DNA from: a virus | Length of the DNA stretch: 5,101 bases | Direction: 5' to 3' (one strand) | IMG/VR virus record: IMGVR_UViG_3300020030_000016 | Span: 1 to 5,101 of that record | Shown here: piece by piece, positions 4,465 through 5,101 of the stretch | Position numbering within the stretch: position 1 is the stretch's first letter | Layout: every line of letters begins with the position of its first letter | Translations under genes and position numbers: made by a program | The notes under the pieces: model-generated | Told to the model about the DNA's origin: nothing | Databases searched by the model: none | Seen by the model: the letters and a program-made list of their open reading frames with translations, nothing else

Positions 4465-5101
4465 TTGGCTCGAAAAATTAGAGTTAGAGGTCATCGCTTC
4501 AGCGATGCTCCTGCAATGTATATGCGCCGGTCTAAATTCGACCGCTCGCACGTTTATAAGACAACTTTCAACTCAGGTAAGCTTATCCCGGTCTTCGTCG
4601 ATGAGGTACTGCCTGGCGATACTACTAGGATGTCTATTAATTACTTCGCTCGATTGGCTACTCCTATCAAGCCTATCATGGATAATATCTATCTCGATTG
4701 GTTTTTCTTTTTCGTCCCCAATCGCCTAGTATGGGATCATTGGCAGAACTTCTGTTTCGAACAGGAAGACCCTGATGATAGTACTGATTATGTCATCCCG
4801 ACCGTCTCCGCTTCGTCTAAGGTCGCAAATTCTCTCGTTGGCAGCCTATGGGATTACTTCGGACTCCCTATCAACACCACCGAGAACTTATCAGGCATTA
4901 ACGCCCTTCCGTTCCGCGCTGTCTACCTCATCTGGAATGAATGGTTTCGCGATGAAAATCTCCAGAAGTCTGTCAAGATTCAGAAAGGCGATTCCAATGA
5001 AATATTGGATTCTTCTCGCATTTCTGATCAGCCTTCTTGGGTACTCAACTCTCCCGGCACTAATGCTTATCCCGGTTATGCCTGTCCTCCTCGTGGCAAG
5101 C
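4465..5101 (+). CDS. VP1: Major capsid protein VP1, N-terminal part. It runs off the window end; 4981-5101 duplicates 1-121, and the real gene is 4465..4980 joined to 1..1209.
   Basis: Frame 1 is open from the stop at 4429-4431 to the window end (translated by hand). It encodes RRSKFDRSHVYKTTFNSGKLIPVFVDEVLPGDT, YLDWFFFFVPNRLVWDHW, and ALPFRAVYLIWNEWFRDENL, which are hallmark Microviridae capsid N-terminal motifs. The proposed start is TTG 4465, 5 nt after AAGGTG (4454-4459). ATG 4516 and 4522 are alternatives but have no SD. The ORF-track entry 4457..4729 is in a different frame and is spurious. Confidence 0.9.
   Translation, partial: MARKIRVRGHRFSDAPAMYMRRSKFDRSHVYKTTFNSGKLIPVFVDEVLPGDTTRMSINYFARLATPIKPIMDNIYLDWFFFFVPNRLVWDHWQNFCFEQEDPDDSTDYVIPTVSASSKVANSLVGSLWDYFGLPINTTENLSGINALPFRAVYLIWNEWFRDENLQKSVKIQKGDSNEILDSSRISDQPSWVLNSPGTNAYPGYACPPRGK
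4981..5101. repeat. Terminal direct repeat, copy 2 (identical to 1-121)
   Basis: Same evidence as copy 1. Confidence 0.95.

Noticed and set aside
1-5101. Scan for tRNA or rRNA genes, CRISPR repeats, integrase or transposase genes, and tandem repeats
   Set aside because: No spaced direct-repeat arrays, cloverleaf-like segments or recombinase-like ORFs were seen. The coding capacity is fully accounted for by the phage genes listed.

Overview
The window is a complete, circularly permuted genome of a small ssDNA phage (Microviridae, Gokushovirinae-like). Bases 1-121 are identical to 4981-5101, so the unit circle is 4,980 nt and the repeat is an assembly overlap, not a biological terminal repeat. 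All supported genes are on the + strand, which is typical of the family. In order they are: major capsid VP1 (wraps the junction, 4465..4980 plus 1..1209, about 574 aa), pilot/minor capsid VP2, an unassigned 79-aa protein with a hydrophobic N-terminus, a 36-aa arginine-rich J/VP8-like DNA-packaging peptide (absent from the ORF track), HUH replication initiator VP4, an unassigned 79-aa ORF, VP5 and internal scaffold VP3. There is no external scaffold (D-like), spike (G-like) or recognisable lysis gene. I also see three promoter candidates with one shared architecture (TTGAC[A/G]-N14-TGN-TAnnAT), one canonical intrinsic terminator, a GC-rich island, and two strong hairpins in the 122-nt VP3-VP1 intergenic region. 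One hairpin displays ACTTGAT, the core of the phiX174 gene-A nick site, in its loop. The items most worth follow-up are that candidate origin hairpin, the small hydrophobic protein as a possible lysis or membrane factor, the promoter-terminator tandem ahead of the structural genes, and the orphan ORF between VP4 and VP5. No tRNA, rRNA, CRISPR array, integrase or transposase is visible. All homology statements come from recalled family motifs, not database searches.
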